DNA of 64,000 nt. Source: Alphaproteobacteria bacterium UBA2964 (GTDB lineage: Bacteria; Pseudomonadota; Alphaproteobacteria; MPNO01; UBA2964). The number at the start of each line of letters is the position of its first letter. Position 1 is the first letter of the stretch. The position numbers and the translations under genes were made by a program. The DNA lies in the NCBI GenBank assembly GCA_905182615.1, contig CAJJCG010000018.1, positions 14,426 through 78,425 on the forward strand, given 5' to 3'. Positions 1 to 9,757 of the stretch are shown here, one piece after another. The notes below the pieces were generated by a model. It did no database searches and was not told the DNA's origin. It saw only the letters and a program-made list of their open reading frames with translations.

Positions 1-1
1 T

Positions 2-2062
2 TTTCTGGGGTTAGCGGCGTCTTCATGTGCGCTCTACCCGCTCTTTGCACAGGAAGGTATTACCAAACGAGTCGGGGTTCTCTTGAAGGTCGATCTTTGG
101 GGAATGCAGGTGCCGATCGAAGCCATCATTGGTGGGTTGGGTATCCTCTTTTTGTTAGAGGCGACCCGGCGTGCCATCGGTTTGCCGTTGGTGATCATCT
201 GCGCAATCTTTCTGGTATTTTCGATATTTGGTCAGTCGATGCCCGATATTATTTCCCATAAAGGCGTCTCGCTCGAACGGTTGATCGGCTATCAATGGCT
301 GACCGGTGAAGCGATCTTTGGCATTCCAATCGACGTTTCCGTTAGTTTCGTTTTCCTGTTTGTTTTGTTTGGCGCACTTCTCGAGAAAGCTGGAGCGGGC
401 AAGTATTTCCTTGATCTGGCGTTTGCTATGGTGGGTCGTTATCGCGGGGGGCCGGCGAAAGCGGCGATCCTTGCCTCCGGTATGAATGGCGCTATTTCCG
501 GCTCGTCGATTGCCAACGTTGTGACCACCGGTACTTTTACCATTCCGGTGATGAAGAAGATCGGTATTCCTGCCGTTAAAGCCGGGGCCATCGAAGTGGC
601 AGCATCGACCAACGGCCAGATTATGCCGCCGATCATGGGGGCCGCCGCCTTCATCATGGCTGAGACCATCGGCATCCCGTATTTTGATGTCGTTACGGCG
701 GCCTTTATTCCAGCCGTCATCAGCTATATGGCGCTACTCTATATCTCACATCTCGAAGCGGAGAAGCTCGGCCTTAAAGGCATGGACCCCGCTGATCTTC
801 CCATTCTCTGGACGACCTTTAAACAAGGGCTCCATTATCTCGCGCCAATTATTGTTTTGATCTATCTGCTTATGGTGGCACGTTGGACCGCCGGCAGTGC
901 TGTGTTCTATTCGGTTGCTGTGATGATGGTGATCATAATTGGTCAACGGGTGATTGAGGGACGGTCGCGGGGAATTCGGCCGCTTCAAGGTCTTTGCAAC
1001 GGGATCGCTGACATTCGTGACGGTCTCGTCGCGGGTGCCCGAAATATGATCGGTATCGCTGTCGCTGTTGCCTCAGCCGGTATCATTGTCGGCTCCGTAT
1101 CGTCGACCGGGCTGAACAACGCGATGGTCGGCGTGGTCGAAGCGCTTTCTGGCGGTAATGTATACCTTTTACTGATACTAACGGCGGTGCTCTGCATCGT
1201 TCTTGGCATGGGGCTCCCAACAACGGCAAACTATCTCGTCGTTGCGTCATTGCTCGCTGGAGTTCTGGTTGAGCTCGGTAATGCGGCTGGTCTGGTGCTG
1301 CCGCTGATCGCTGTGCATCTCTTTGTATTCTATTTTGGTTTGTTAGCGGATTCGACGCCGCCGGTGTGTCTGGCGGCATTTGCTGCATCGGCGATTTCAC
1401 GCGCCGATCCTATGAAGACTGGTGTGCAATCTTTTCTCTATGATATTCGGACGGCGGTTCTGCCCTTCGTCTTTATTTTCAATACAGAGTTATTGCTGAT
1501 TGGCGTTACCAGTATTTGGCATGGTGTGACGGTCTTCTGCGTCTCTCTGCTCGCCATATTGTGTTTTAGTTCCCTGACCCAGCAGTGGATGTTTGTTCGC
1601 CTGAAATGGTTTGAATCGATTTTGTTGATTGTCGCTATGGTTGGGCTATTCCGGCCGGACTTCCTTCTCGACCGGGTGTATCCAGCTTTCGCAACGGCGG
1701 ATATCACGCGTGCCATCAAAGGCGATCTCGTAATTGAGAAGGGGCTCGCCTTCCGGCTCCACATTGTACGGGAAACTAATTATGGTGACCGCTTCAAACT
1801 ATTCCGTCTTTTGGCATCAGAGAAGCCTGGCCTGTCACCTTACGGTATTGAGCTCGGCAAGATAAAGGATGGGCGCTATCCGGTGACCAATGTGGCATTT
1901 AACAGCGTGGTAGCCAAAGCTGGCATCAGGCCCTACGAGGACTATGTGACCAATATCGATGTTGAACAGTTAGGTCGGCCCGCAAAAGAATGGATCTATC
2001 CCTTGGCTTTAATGGCTCTAGGATTGGCTGTTCTGACACAACTCCTTCGCCGACGCGGTTAG
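2..2062 (+). CDS. TRAP transporter fused permease (4TM/12TM DctQM-type fusion), 5' end outside window
   Basis: The frame is open from nt 2, so the TTG at 83 used by the ORF track is probably not the real start. Long polytopic hydrophobic protein with blocks typical of fused TRAP permeases (GGPAKAAILASGMNGAISGSSIANVVTTG, NGQIMPPIMGAAAF) and a soluble C-terminal tail. Confidence 0.85.
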   Translation, partial: FLGLAASSCALYPLFAQEGITKRVGVLLKVDLWGMQVPIEAIIGGLGILFLLEATRRAIGLPLVIICAIFLVFSIFGQSMPDIISHKGVSLERLIGYQWLTGEAIFGIPIDVSVSFVFLFVLFGALLEKAGAGKYFLDLAFAMVGRYRGGPAKAAILASGMNGAISGSSIANVVTTGTFTIPVMKKIGIPAVKAGAIEVAASTNGQIMPPIMGAAAFIMAETIGIPYFDVVTAAFIPAVISYMALLYISHLEAEKLGLKGMDPADLPILWTTFKQGLHYLAPIIVLIYLLMVARWTAGSAVFYSVAVMMVIIIGQRVIEGRSRGIRPLQGLCNGIADIRDGLVAGARNMIGIAVAVASAGIIVGSVSSTGLNNAMVGVVEALSGGNVYLLLILTAVLCIVLGMGLPTTANYLVVASLLAGVLVELGNAAGLVLPLIAVHLFVFYFGLLADSTPPVCLAAFAASAISRADPMKTGVQSFLYDIRTAVLPFVFIFNTELLLIGVTSIWHGVTVFCVSLLAILCFSSLTQQWMFVRLKWFESILLIVAMVGLFRPDFLLDRVYPAFATADITRAIKGDLVIEKGLAFRLHIVRETNYGDRFKLFRLLASEKPGLSPYGIELGKIKDGRYPVTNVAFNSVVAKAGIRPYEDYVTNIDVEQLGRPAKEWIYPLALMALGLAVLTQLLRRRG

Positions 2063-2087
2063 TGCATGATTTGGCCTATGCGTGTCA

Positions 2088-2243
2088 ATGTTTGATGCGC
2101 GCGATATCGCCATTGCGCAATGGGAGAAAGAGCACCCCGACCTCAATGTCTTCGACGATGAAGACCTTGAGGTGATGCCGGCCCTAGAAATTAATATCGA
2201 CGCGCAAATCGCCGCTGTGATTGAGGCGCTCGAAATTACTTAG
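2088..2243 (+). CDS. Candidate small acidic protein (51 aa), unknown function
   Basis: ATG..TAG ORF below the track cutoff, MFDARDIAIAQWEKEHPDLNVFDDEDLEVMPALEINIDAQIAAVIEALEIT. Composition looks coding, but there is no clear Shine-Dalgarno. Confidence 0.25.
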   Translation: MFDARDIAIAQWEKEHPDLNVFDDEDLEVMPALEINIDAQIAAVIEALEIT

Positions 2244-2260
2244 GGATAAGTCGTCAAAGG

Positions 2261-2665
2261 CTATTTTGTTGCCTTGGCCAGAAATGCGAACAGATTATCG
2301 CGATCTGCTTCCTTCCTTAGACCCGGGAAAGACATACGATTGCCGGGAACGAATTTTTTTGGCGCCTTGAGAAAATTTTTCAGCGTTTTTGCATTCCATA
2401 CTAGAGGCTTGTTGCCTTTACCTGCTTTTTTCATCGCACTGGAAAAAGGAAAGAGTTTACCGTTTTTCTTCTTCCAGCTACCCGCTGTTCGGCCAATGAT
2501 GCCGTTTAGCGATGGTCCAATTTTGCTAACACCAACGGCTACAGAATGACAGGCGCGACATTTATTGAAGACACGTTTGCCTTTTGCTTCATCGGCAGCA
2601 GCGGATACTGATCCTGCAACGAATATAACACTAAGGGCGGTAAGGGCGGCGGCGATGTGCCTCAT
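2261..2665 (-). CDS. Class I c-type cytochrome (cytochrome c2/c550-like), secreted
   Basis: N-terminal signal peptide (ALTALSVIFVAGSVSAA), a single CxxCH haem motif (CRACH), a downstream Met ligand region (NRMSFPG), about 13 kDa. Confidence 0.9.
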   Translation of the reverse strand: MRHIAAALTALSVIFVAGSVSAAADEAKGKRVFNKCRACHSVAVGVSKIGPSLNGIIGRTAGSWKKKNGKLFPFSSAMKKAGKGNKPLVWNAKTLKNFLKAPKKFVPGNRMSFPGLRKEADRDNLFAFLAKATK

Positions 2666-2903
2666 AATAGGCTCCTACGCTTTTTTCTCGTTTAAAAATA
2701 AAATACTTCAATGAATTTCTGGACATATAATCAATCTAAATCTTTCGTCAATGCCGGACCATTCAAAATTTCGGGACTGGTATGCCATGTGCGCATGAAT
2801 CAGAGGTTAAACGATGCTCGTCAAACTCTTCTGCTACCACTGGACCCGTGTGGCTTAGCAGCTGTTCAGGTCGAAATTATTCTTAACTCTGAAAATGACG
2901 AAA

Positions 2904-3110
2904 ATGAAACAAATGCTAACGCAAACCGATGTGCGCCGATTACTTGACGAGCCGACAGCGGCAAATCGGTAGGACGCATCGCTAAAGGTTGCCAGTGCTT
3001 ACAGCGCTGAAGAGTTGAACGACGACGAAAGGAAAATCGCCAAAGACATTATCTGTTTCATGGGACCGGATGCCGAGGTTCGGATTTTGCGCGACAAAAT
3101 TGGCAAGTGA
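2904..3110 (+). pseudogene. Short remnant resembling the N-terminus of a DUF2336-family protein, with in-frame TAG
   Basis: MKQMLTQTDVRRLLDEPTAANR*DASLKVASAYSAEELNDDERKIAKDIICFMGPDAEVRILRDKIGK* is one frame with a TAG at 2970-2972. It recalls DUF2336 N-termini, which are normally about 350 aa. Recognition is from memory only. Confidence 0.35.
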
Positions 3111-3222
3111 AAGCCTAAAATCTCTTTTTTATCTCTGATTTTATATATTTGAATTGCAGGCAGTTGTTCGGCTGACCTGACCCGTCCTATTCTCTCCTCA
3201 ACAATGATGCGGAGGAAATAAT

Positions 3223-4902
3223 ATGGCTGGTCGTCTTCAGGATAAAACGGCGATTGTATTTGGCGCAGGGTCGCGCGGTGAGGGCTGGGGCAATGGTAAG
3301 GCTGCCGCGGTTCTGTTTGCCCGTGAAGGGGCTCGAATATTTGCTGTCGACATCAACCCCGACGCGGTCGAGGAAACCCGTCGTCTCATTGCAGGCGAAG
3401 GCGGTGAAGTCGCCTGTGGCGTCGCTGACGTAACCGATAGTGATTCTGTTGCCGCCGTCGTCCAGGCTTGCGTCAAACGTTTTGGCGGCATCGATGTTTT
3501 ACACAACAACGTCGGGGCACCGGCGCCGGGTGACCCGGTCGAGATGTCGGTTGATACTTGGCACAAGAACATGGCCGTTAATATCGACTCCGCTTTTATG
3601 ACCTGTAAGCACGTTCTGCCGGTTATCGCTGATGGCGGTGGCGGTGCCGTGGTGAATATTGCCTCAATTGCCGGGATCAAGAATCTCGAACGCAGTCTTG
3701 TTGGGTATCAGGCCGGTAAAGCGGCGTTGATCCAGCTCTCCCGTTCAGTCGCTGGGCAATGGGCCGCGCGTGGTGTGCGGTCTAACTGTATTCTGCCAGG
3801 GCTTATGGCAACGCCTCTTGTGCTGGATAGGATCAACACGACATACGATACGCCGGAAAGCCGTCAAGTGGCGCTTGATGATCGTCATCGTATGATTCCG
3901 GTGGGCTATATGGGTGACGCCTGGGATACCGCCTGGGCGGCAGTTTATCTCGCATCGGAAGAATCCAAATATGTGACGGCGACGGAACTCGTTGTTGATG
4001 GTGGTATTACCGCTGGGCGCCCTCTTGATTGGCGGGCAGGGTATGCCAGTGATGTCGTGCGCGTGGCTGATGCGGAGGCGCGGTCCGTCCCGCAGACGGC
4101 CTCACGCCTCGATGGTAAAACAGCCATGGTTGTCGGAGCAGGGTCATTGGGCCCTGGGATGGGGAATGGCAAAGCTTCAGCTCTGTTGATGGCCCGTGAA
4201 GGGGCCAAGGTGTTTGCCGTTGATCGTAATCTTGATGCGGTTCAGGAAACCCAGGCGCTGATCACTGCGGAGGGCGGTGCATGTGAGGTCTGGCAGGCCG
4301 ATGCGACGTCGGCTGATGACGTCGAGAAGATGGTTGCAGAATGCATGGAACGGTTCGGGCACATTGATGTTTTACACAACAATGTCGGTGGTTCCGCCGG
4401 GCATGGCGGACCATTGGACATGGATATAGAGACCTGGTGCGAAAATGTTCTGTTCAATGTGAAGCCGGCCTTTCTGGCGAGCCGGAATGTGCTGCCCATT
4501 ATGGAACGGCAGGGAGGGGGCTCTATAATTCATACAGGCTCGATCTCCGGCATCAGCGTTCCCGAAAACCCGATGAACTCCTATCAAACGGGGAAAGGGG
4601 CGCTGATCCGATTTTCTCGGGGCATGGCGCTGGAATTTGCTCGAAAGGGTATTCGTTCAAATTGTGTAATCCCCGGCAAAATACGAACCCCTATGACGGA
4701 AGTACGCCAAAGCGAACGATCTGGTAGCGCTGACGCAGTGAAGGAGATCTTTGATCGTCGTGCCCGTTCCGTACCGCTTGGTCATATGGGCGAGGCGATG
4801 GATGTCGCGGGCGCTGTCGCTTATCTCGCAAGTGACCAAGCACGTTACGTTACGGCGGCTGAAATCGTGATCGATGGCGGCCTAACGGCTAATTGTTGTT
4901 AG
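3223..4902 (+). CDS. Tandem short-chain dehydrogenase/reductase (SDR-SDR fusion), 559 aa
   Basis: Two complete classical SDR modules (aa 1-265 and 295-559). Each has a Gly-rich NAD(P) motif (GAGSRGEGWGNG / GAGSLGPGMGNG), HNNVG, a catalytic Ser and YxxxK (YQAGK / YQTGK). GGAGGA Shine-Dalgarno upstream. Confidence 0.9.
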   Translation: MAGRLQDKTAIVFGAGSRGEGWGNGKAAAVLFAREGARIFAVDINPDAVEETRRLIAGEGGEVACGVADVTDSDSVAAVVQACVKRFGGIDVLHNNVGAPAPGDPVEMSVDTWHKNMAVNIDSAFMTCKHVLPVIADGGGGAVVNIASIAGIKNLERSLVGYQAGKAALIQLSRSVAGQWAARGVRSNCILPGLMATPLVLDRINTTYDTPESRQVALDDRHRMIPVGYMGDAWDTAWAAVYLASEESKYVTATELVVDGGITAGRPLDWRAGYASDVVRVADAEARSVPQTASRLDGKTAMVVGAGSLGPGMGNGKASALLMAREGAKVFAVDRNLDAVQETQALITAEGGACEVWQADATSADDVEKMVAECMERFGHIDVLHNNVGGSAGHGGPLDMDIETWCENVLFNVKPAFLASRNVLPIMERQGGGSIIHTGSISGISVPENPMNSYQTGKGALIRFSRGMALEFARKGIRSNCVIPGKIRTPMTEVRQSERSGSADAVKEIFDRRARSVPLGHMGEAMDVAGAVAYLASDQARYVTAAEIVIDGGLTANCC

Positions 4903-4918
4903 ACGAAACAGGACTTTC

Positions 4919-5497
4919 CTAGAATGGCAACCAGCTATGTTCCTGGCTGTAATGCAGGTAGCCGATATTGGCGCCGGCACGGAGACCAACGCCAGTGCGA
5001 ATTGGTACGAGAATGATGTTGTCAGCTTGTTGATAATTCATGCTGAGCCCGGCAATTACGTACAGGCTGCCATCGATGCCGAGAAAACGGCGGTATAAAT
5101 CACCCGGGTTTTTCAGGTGATAAACCAAGGTAAAGACCTTCGAGGCATTGCCACCGAAATCAAATCCAACAGAAGGTCCCTGCCAATAGACTTTCCGTTT
5201 GCCAGACTTCTTTTGGCTCAATTCTCCTTTGCCGTAGCGCAGCCCAACAAAAAAGGCGCCACCGGCTTCTTCGCCGAGAATAATGCCGTTGGGCTTTCCG
5301 AGATCGGAAAACACCTTTTCAATACCCTTGGCGAGACCAGCCGTGGTGTGGCCAAAGAAACCTTTGGCCTTTTCCATTATTTCGTCTTCGTTGTAGGTGT
5401 CGTCGCTTTTGCTTTGCGCACTTGCGGGCACCACAAAACCAACGGAAACCGTGATCAAGGTAAAGATCGCGAAAATACTAATTAGTCGCGCCAGCAT
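4919..5497 (-). CDS. DUF1134 (EipA-like) periplasmic envelope protein
   Basis: Signal peptide (LISIFAIFTLITVSVGFVVPASA) and conserved blocks GLRYGKGEL, VYWQGPSVGFDFGG, PIRTGVGLRAGANIGY. The start is moved to the ATG at 5497 (GGAG 8 nt upstream), because the track start at 5590 would overlap dinB. Confidence 0.75.
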   Translation of the reverse strand: MLARLISIFAIFTLITVSVGFVVPASAQSKSDDTYNEDEIMEKAKGFFGHTTAGLAKGIEKVFSDLGKPNGIILGEEAGGAFFVGLRYGKGELSQKKSGKRKVYWQGPSVGFDFGGNASKVFTLVYHLKNPGDLYRRFLGIDGSLYVIAGLSMNYQQADNIILVPIRTGVGLRAGANIGYLHYSQEHSWLPF

Positions 5498-5537
5498 GAG
5501 CATTTCTCCATAAGGACGAAAGATAATTTTCGGCAGT

Positions 5538-6842
5538 TTAACGTGAGTTTTCTCGACTCGTCCTGTCGATTTTTGCAGGCTGAAACCCACGTCCCTTTTT
5601 TATCGCGGCTTCCCCGAAACGTGCCCGAACATTGTCCATTGTTTGTTCCACCACCTTTACACGGCCGCCATCGGGATTACCAAAATCAAGCGGGTCAGCA
5701 TAGGTCGCCGGCGAGAAATCGCTGATCCCGATCCCAATAAGCCGATAAGAATCCCCTTGTGTTTCCTTGCGGACGAGGTCGGCCCCAGTTTGCCAAATAA
5801 CTTCGGCGAGTTGGGTTGGGTCGGGCAGGGTCCGGCGGCGTGTTCGAATCTGAAATTTGTCGGTTTTTAGTTTCACAGTGATCACACGACCGGAGAGCTT
5901 AGCTGTCTTGGTTCGGGCTGCAACTTTCTCTGAAAGGGGCCACAGGCGTTTGATCAGGGCTTCAGACGAACGAATGTCATCAGAGAAAGTGGATTCCGAT
6001 GAAATACTTTTGCGGTTTTCTTTCGGGTCGACGCGGCGATTGTCGTCGCCAGTGGAAAATCGGTGTAGTCGGTTCCCGATTGAGCCATAGCGTTTGATGA
6101 GAAATTCTTCTGAGCAGGCGCGGAGGTTGCCGATTTCATTGAAGCCGTCGGCATGGAGTTTCCGCTGCAAGGCCTTACCGACCCCCCACAGTTTGGAGAC
6201 CGGCAGGCGGTCCAGAAAAGCCAGGGTCTCATCTAGACCGACGATCGAAAATCCACTTGGTTTATCGAGATCAGAGGCGATTTTGGCGAGAAACTTGTTA
6301 TGGCTCAGTCCCACGGTGACGGTCACGCCAATCTCATTCTCTATTCGGTGTGCGAGACGCGCTAATGTTTCGGCGGGCGATGCCCTGTGTAGCTTTTCTG
6401 TGCCCGAAAGATCAAGAAATGCTTCATCGATCGAAATGGGCTCGACCAGTGGGGTGGTGTCTTGCATTAGGGCGCGAACCGCTTGGCCCGCGACAAAATA
6501 TTTAGTCATGTCGGGTCGTACGATGATCGCCTGTGGGCAGAGCTTGCGAGCCTTAAACATTGGCATCGCAGACCGGCAGCCGAATTTTCGGGCCTCATAG
6601 CTTGCGGCCATGACGACACCGCGTCCACCCTTGCCGCCAACCAGAACAGGTTTGTCTTTTAAGGTGGGATCGTCCCGCATTTCGACTGAGGCATAGAAGG
6701 CATCGCAATCGATATGGGCGATGGAGAGTGTGTCCAACTCGTCGTGAACAATTACTCGTGTGGAGCTGCAGTCCGGACAGAGGCTATCAACACCATCTTC
6801 GGAAGGGCCCGTTTCGAAACAGTCACGACATAACCACGGCAT
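5538..6842 (-). CDS. dinB: DNA polymerase IV (Y-family) with N-terminal Cys4 extension
   Basis: The Y-family catalytic core begins IAHIDCDAFYASVEMRDDP, followed by SIDEAFLD. An N-terminal extension of about 30 aa carries CRDC...CPDC. Confidence 0.9.
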   Translation of the reverse strand: MPWLCRDCFETGPSEDGVDSLCPDCSSTRVIVHDELDTLSIAHIDCDAFYASVEMRDDPTLKDKPVLVGGKGGRGVVMAASYEARKFGCRSAMPMFKARKLCPQAIIVRPDMTKYFVAGQAVRALMQDTTPLVEPISIDEAFLDLSGTEKLHRASPAETLARLAHRIENEIGVTVTVGLSHNKFLAKIASDLDKPSGFSIVGLDETLAFLDRLPVSKLWGVGKALQRKLHADGFNEIGNLRACSEEFLIKRYGSIGNRLHRFSTGDDNRRVDPKENRKSISSESTFSDDIRSSEALIKRLWPLSEKVAARTKTAKLSGRVITVKLKTDKFQIRTRRRTLPDPTQLAEVIWQTGADLVRKETQGDSYRLIGIGISDFSPATYADPLDFGNPDGGRVKVVEQTMDNVRARFGEAAIKKGRGFQPAKIDRTSRENSR

Positions 6843-6885
6843 GACCTAACGATGGTGTTTAACACCGTTCAGGTCAATCGAGCAG

Positions 6886-7782
6886 TCACTGGAAGTAGAG
6901 GCGATCTGGATTATCGACGAGAATTTTGTGTAGGTAAGCCTTGTTTCTCGCCATAGCAGAAATGAGATCCAACAGATCACCTTCATTGGGGATACCGCCG
7001 GGCGTGAAGGTGTTGCCATGCGGCCAGTCGGTACCCCAGATCACCCTGTCCGGTGCTGCTTCAACAACGGCTTGCCCCAACGGGATGACATCACTGAAAG
7101 GTAGTCCGCTATCGACGCGGGCTTGGGGCGTGTCACTAATTTTGTCGACGCTGCAGATTTTCACCCAAAAGCGGTCATCCTTGAGTAAATCGAGCAGTAG
7201 TTTGAATCCTGGCTGATCCAACCCATAAACGGGGCGGCAGCGCGCCATATGATCGATGATCGTCGGGATCGGGATATTGCGGATAAAGGCTTCGTTATCG
7301 ATAAAGTGATCGGTTTCAACGTGAAGCACCAGCGACCAGCCGAGTTTTTGCATGCGGGGTATAGCGTGCTCGATCATCTCCGAACTGCCGGGGCGGTCGG
7401 ACATGAGCGAAAACCGGGCGCCACGCGTACCGGCCTCGTGTAGTGCTTCAAGCTCTGCGTCTGTGGTCTTGTCGTTAAACCTTACAACAGCGCGCATGTT
7501 GCCGTCTGACTGCGCAACCGCATGCAGAATGGCAGAATTATCCATGCCATGTGCTGTTGGTTGGACGGCTATTGCGCGTGTAAGCCCAGTTAGTTTTTGG
7601 ACATTCTGATAATGTTCAATCGGGGCGCCGGGTGGGTTATAGCGGCGGGTCTCCGCGAAAGGGAAGCGGTCCGGCGGCCCGAAGATATGAAAATGCGTAT
7701 CGCACGCTTTGTCTGGCATCTCAAACGATGGCGCTTTGGTGTTGGGGTCGGGCGGTAGGGCATAGGGCAGGTCATTGGTCAT
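6886..7782 (-). CDS. Amidohydrolase-2 family hydrolase (LigI/2-pyrone-4,6-dicarboxylate lactonase-like)
   Basis: CDTHFHIFGP metal-binding start, WGTDWPH near the C-terminus, about 300 aa. Confidence 0.8.
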   Translation of the reverse strand: MTNDLPYALPPDPNTKAPSFEMPDKACDTHFHIFGPPDRFPFAETRRYNPPGAPIEHYQNVQKLTGLTRAIAVQPTAHGMDNSAILHAVAQSDGNMRAVVRFNDKTTDAELEALHEAGTRGARFSLMSDRPGSSEMIEHAIPRMQKLGWSLVLHVETDHFIDNEAFIRNIPIPTIIDHMARCRPVYGLDQPGFKLLLDLLKDDRFWVKICSVDKISDTPQARVDSGLPFSDVIPLGQAVVEAAPDRVIWGTDWPHGNTFTPGGIPNEGDLLDLISAMARNKAYLHKILVDNPDRLYFQ

Positions 7783-7787
7783 GGTTG

Positions 7788-8558
7788 CTACAAATACCTT
7801 TCGAGGAAATCGTGTGCGAATGGCCCCCAGATTTGCTGTCCGGCAGCACAGAAACGATGGGCTTCAGGCCCTGCTGTACCCCAGGGCGGGAATATCTTGG
7901 CCTCGTGCGAATGGCCGCGTTGTTCAAGAAGTGCGGAGATTTCTGTGGTGGGGGCAGTGTTGAAATCATTCTCTGGCTGAATCAAGCAAACCGGCTGAGT
8001 CAGGGTTGAGGCTGCGTCCAAGAGCATCTGCTTTATCTTCGGGTGTTTAGCCCACTGACTTGCACCACCCGAAAAATCCAGCCCGCAGCGCCAGCGCGGA
8101 TCAGCCGCCAGCGCGAGTAATGTGTGGATTCCACCAAGGGAACTCCCCATGACAATCATACGTTCTGCGTCAATTTCCTCGAGCCCTGCTGCATAATCGA
8201 GCGCCGCGATGACATCTTTGTTCTCACAGATTAATCGTGCAGACATTTGGTCGTCATGCTCCACGGTTCCACGGGGTGCCGGCACCTCGTCCCCCACGAC
8301 GATACCGAGTGAGTTGCCATAGCCAGCGCGATGCGGAAACAGATAGGCGCAGCCCCAGGACAGAAACAGGGCCGCAGTTTGCGGATGCGATAGATCTGTC
8401 GTGCCGGGTGGCGTAGCACTTCCGTGATTATCAATAACGCAGGGAAATGGGCCTTCGCCCGGAGGCGTAAATAGAAATCCCTTGAGGATGCCTGTGCCAC
8501 CGGCGAATTCGACCTCACGCGGCGCCATTGAATGGTCATTGAGATTTGTGATCTGCAT
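7788..8558 (-). CDS. Alpha/beta hydrolase (dienelactone-hydrolase / prolyl-oligopeptidase-like)
   Basis: Nucleophile elbow GSSLGG. The expected length and C-terminal His region fit this fold. Confidence 0.7.
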   Translation of the reverse strand: MQITNLNDHSMAPREVEFAGGTGILKGFLFTPPGEGPFPCVIDNHGSATPPGTTDLSHPQTAALFLSWGCAYLFPHRAGYGNSLGIVVGDEVPAPRGTVEHDDQMSARLICENKDVIAALDYAAGLEEIDAERMIVMGSSLGGIHTLLALAADPRWRCGLDFSGGASQWAKHPKIKQMLLDAASTLTQPVCLIQPENDFNTAPTTEISALLEQRGHSHEAKIFPPWGTAGPEAHRFCAAGQQIWGPFAHDFLERYL

Positions 8559-8671
8559 TGTGCCGTCCTCTTCTGTGTGAAGCTTAGCGCATGAAGGGGC
8601 GATGGGGGAGGTGCAGTTTGTCGGTACTAGTCATATATTCAGGGCAATGAATAAGCCTTAGGGAGGTAGCT

Positions 8672-9757
8672 ATGCGGCATCGCGAGACTGGCGTTTTACT
8701 TTACGATAAAGGCCACGCAACGGACGGTTATACGTTGATCGTGCCACTGGTCAGTAAGGAAGCCTATATCATCGGCATGCAGGGTGAAGTGCTCCATAAC
8801 TGGCATTTTCCCCTAACGCCGGGTAATTACGCCTACATGCTGCCGACCGGCAACCTCTTGTGGTCTGGACGTACGACGGAAGGTCCGCCTCTGCGTCGTG
8901 GTAAGGGCGGGTTGATGCGTGAGTATGACTGGGAAGGCAATGTTGTCTGGGAATATGAAGATCATGGCCAGCATCATGATTTCCGGCGTTGTCCCAATGG
9001 CAACACGATTTACCTCGGCTGGGAGCCGTTACCCGATGAATACGCCAAGCGCGTAGTTGGTGGCATTCCGGGTAGCGAACATGACGGAATTATCTATGGC
9101 GACTATATCCGCGAGGTGAATCCAGCCGGTGAAACCGTCTGGGAATGGCATTTTCATCTTGATGAAGATATCGAGGCACATCCTTTGATCGATGTTTGCG
9201 ATCGTGAGGAGTTTGCACATGCCAACGCGTGTTTCCCTCTGGAAAATGGCGATGTGTTGGTTAGCTTCCGTCGAACACATACACTGGCGATCATCGACCG
9301 AGAGACCAAAAAGTTCCGCTGGATGAAGAAAGATGTCATGTGGGGTACAACCCATGATGTCCAGGTGCTAGAAAATGGAAATCTGCTTTTCTTCGCTAAT
9401 GGGATTTACACGCCGATTAACCCCTTTTCGCGGGTCATCGAACTGAACCCCGAAACCGGAGAAGAGGTTTGGGATTATCGCGGGCAGCCGACCTGGACGT
9501 TCTTTAGCCCCAATATTTCCGGGGCACAGCGGCTTTGGTCGGGTAATACGCTGATTTGCGAAGGACAAATGGGGCGCGTTTTTGAGGTCACGCCCGATCA
9601 AAAAATCGTTTGGGAATACGTGTCCCCTTTCTTTGGTGGCTATAACTGGTTCGGTTTTGAGCGCGGTGGTTCCGGTAATTCTCTTTTTCGAGCCTATCGC
9701 TATTCATCAGAATCACCAGAGCTCGCGGGTCGTGTAAAATCCCCGTACGCAGGATAA
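8672..9757 (+). CDS. Arylsulfotransferase (ASST)-like beta-propeller protein, no signal peptide
   Basis: Repeated propeller-like blocks (PTGNLLWSG, PNGNTIYLGW, ENGDVLVSF, ENGNLLFFANG, WSGNTLICEG) and VWEY/VWEW repeats. Family assignment is from memory. Confidence 0.55.
   Translation: MRHRETGVLLYDKGHATDGYTLIVPLVSKEAYIIGMQGEVLHNWHFPLTPGNYAYMLPTGNLLWSGRTTEGPPLRRGKGGLMREYDWEGNVVWEYEDHGQHHDFRRCPNGNTIYLGWEPLPDEYAKRVVGGIPGSEHDGIIYGDYIREVNPAGETVWEWHFHLDEDIEAHPLIDVCDREEFAHANACFPLENGDVLVSFRRTHTLAIIDRETKKFRWMKKDVMWGTTHDVQVLENGNLLFFANGIYTPINPFSRVIELNPETGEEVWDYRGQPTWTFFSPNISGAQRLWSGNTLICEGQMGRVFEVTPDQKIVWEYVSPFFGGYNWFGFERGGSGNSLFRAYRYSSESPELAGRVKSPYAG

Noticed and set aside
439-1764. Several 74-108-aa minus-strand ORFs inside the TRAP permease gene. 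Similar antisense or overlapping track ORFs occur inside most large genes, for example 3237-3680, 16340-17464, 25021-25904, 36182-37485, 47005-48558 and 50170-51439.
   Set aside because: They are embedded in strongly supported genes, have Arg/Pro/Ser-rich composition typical of off-frame translation of GC-rich coding DNA, and show no motifs.
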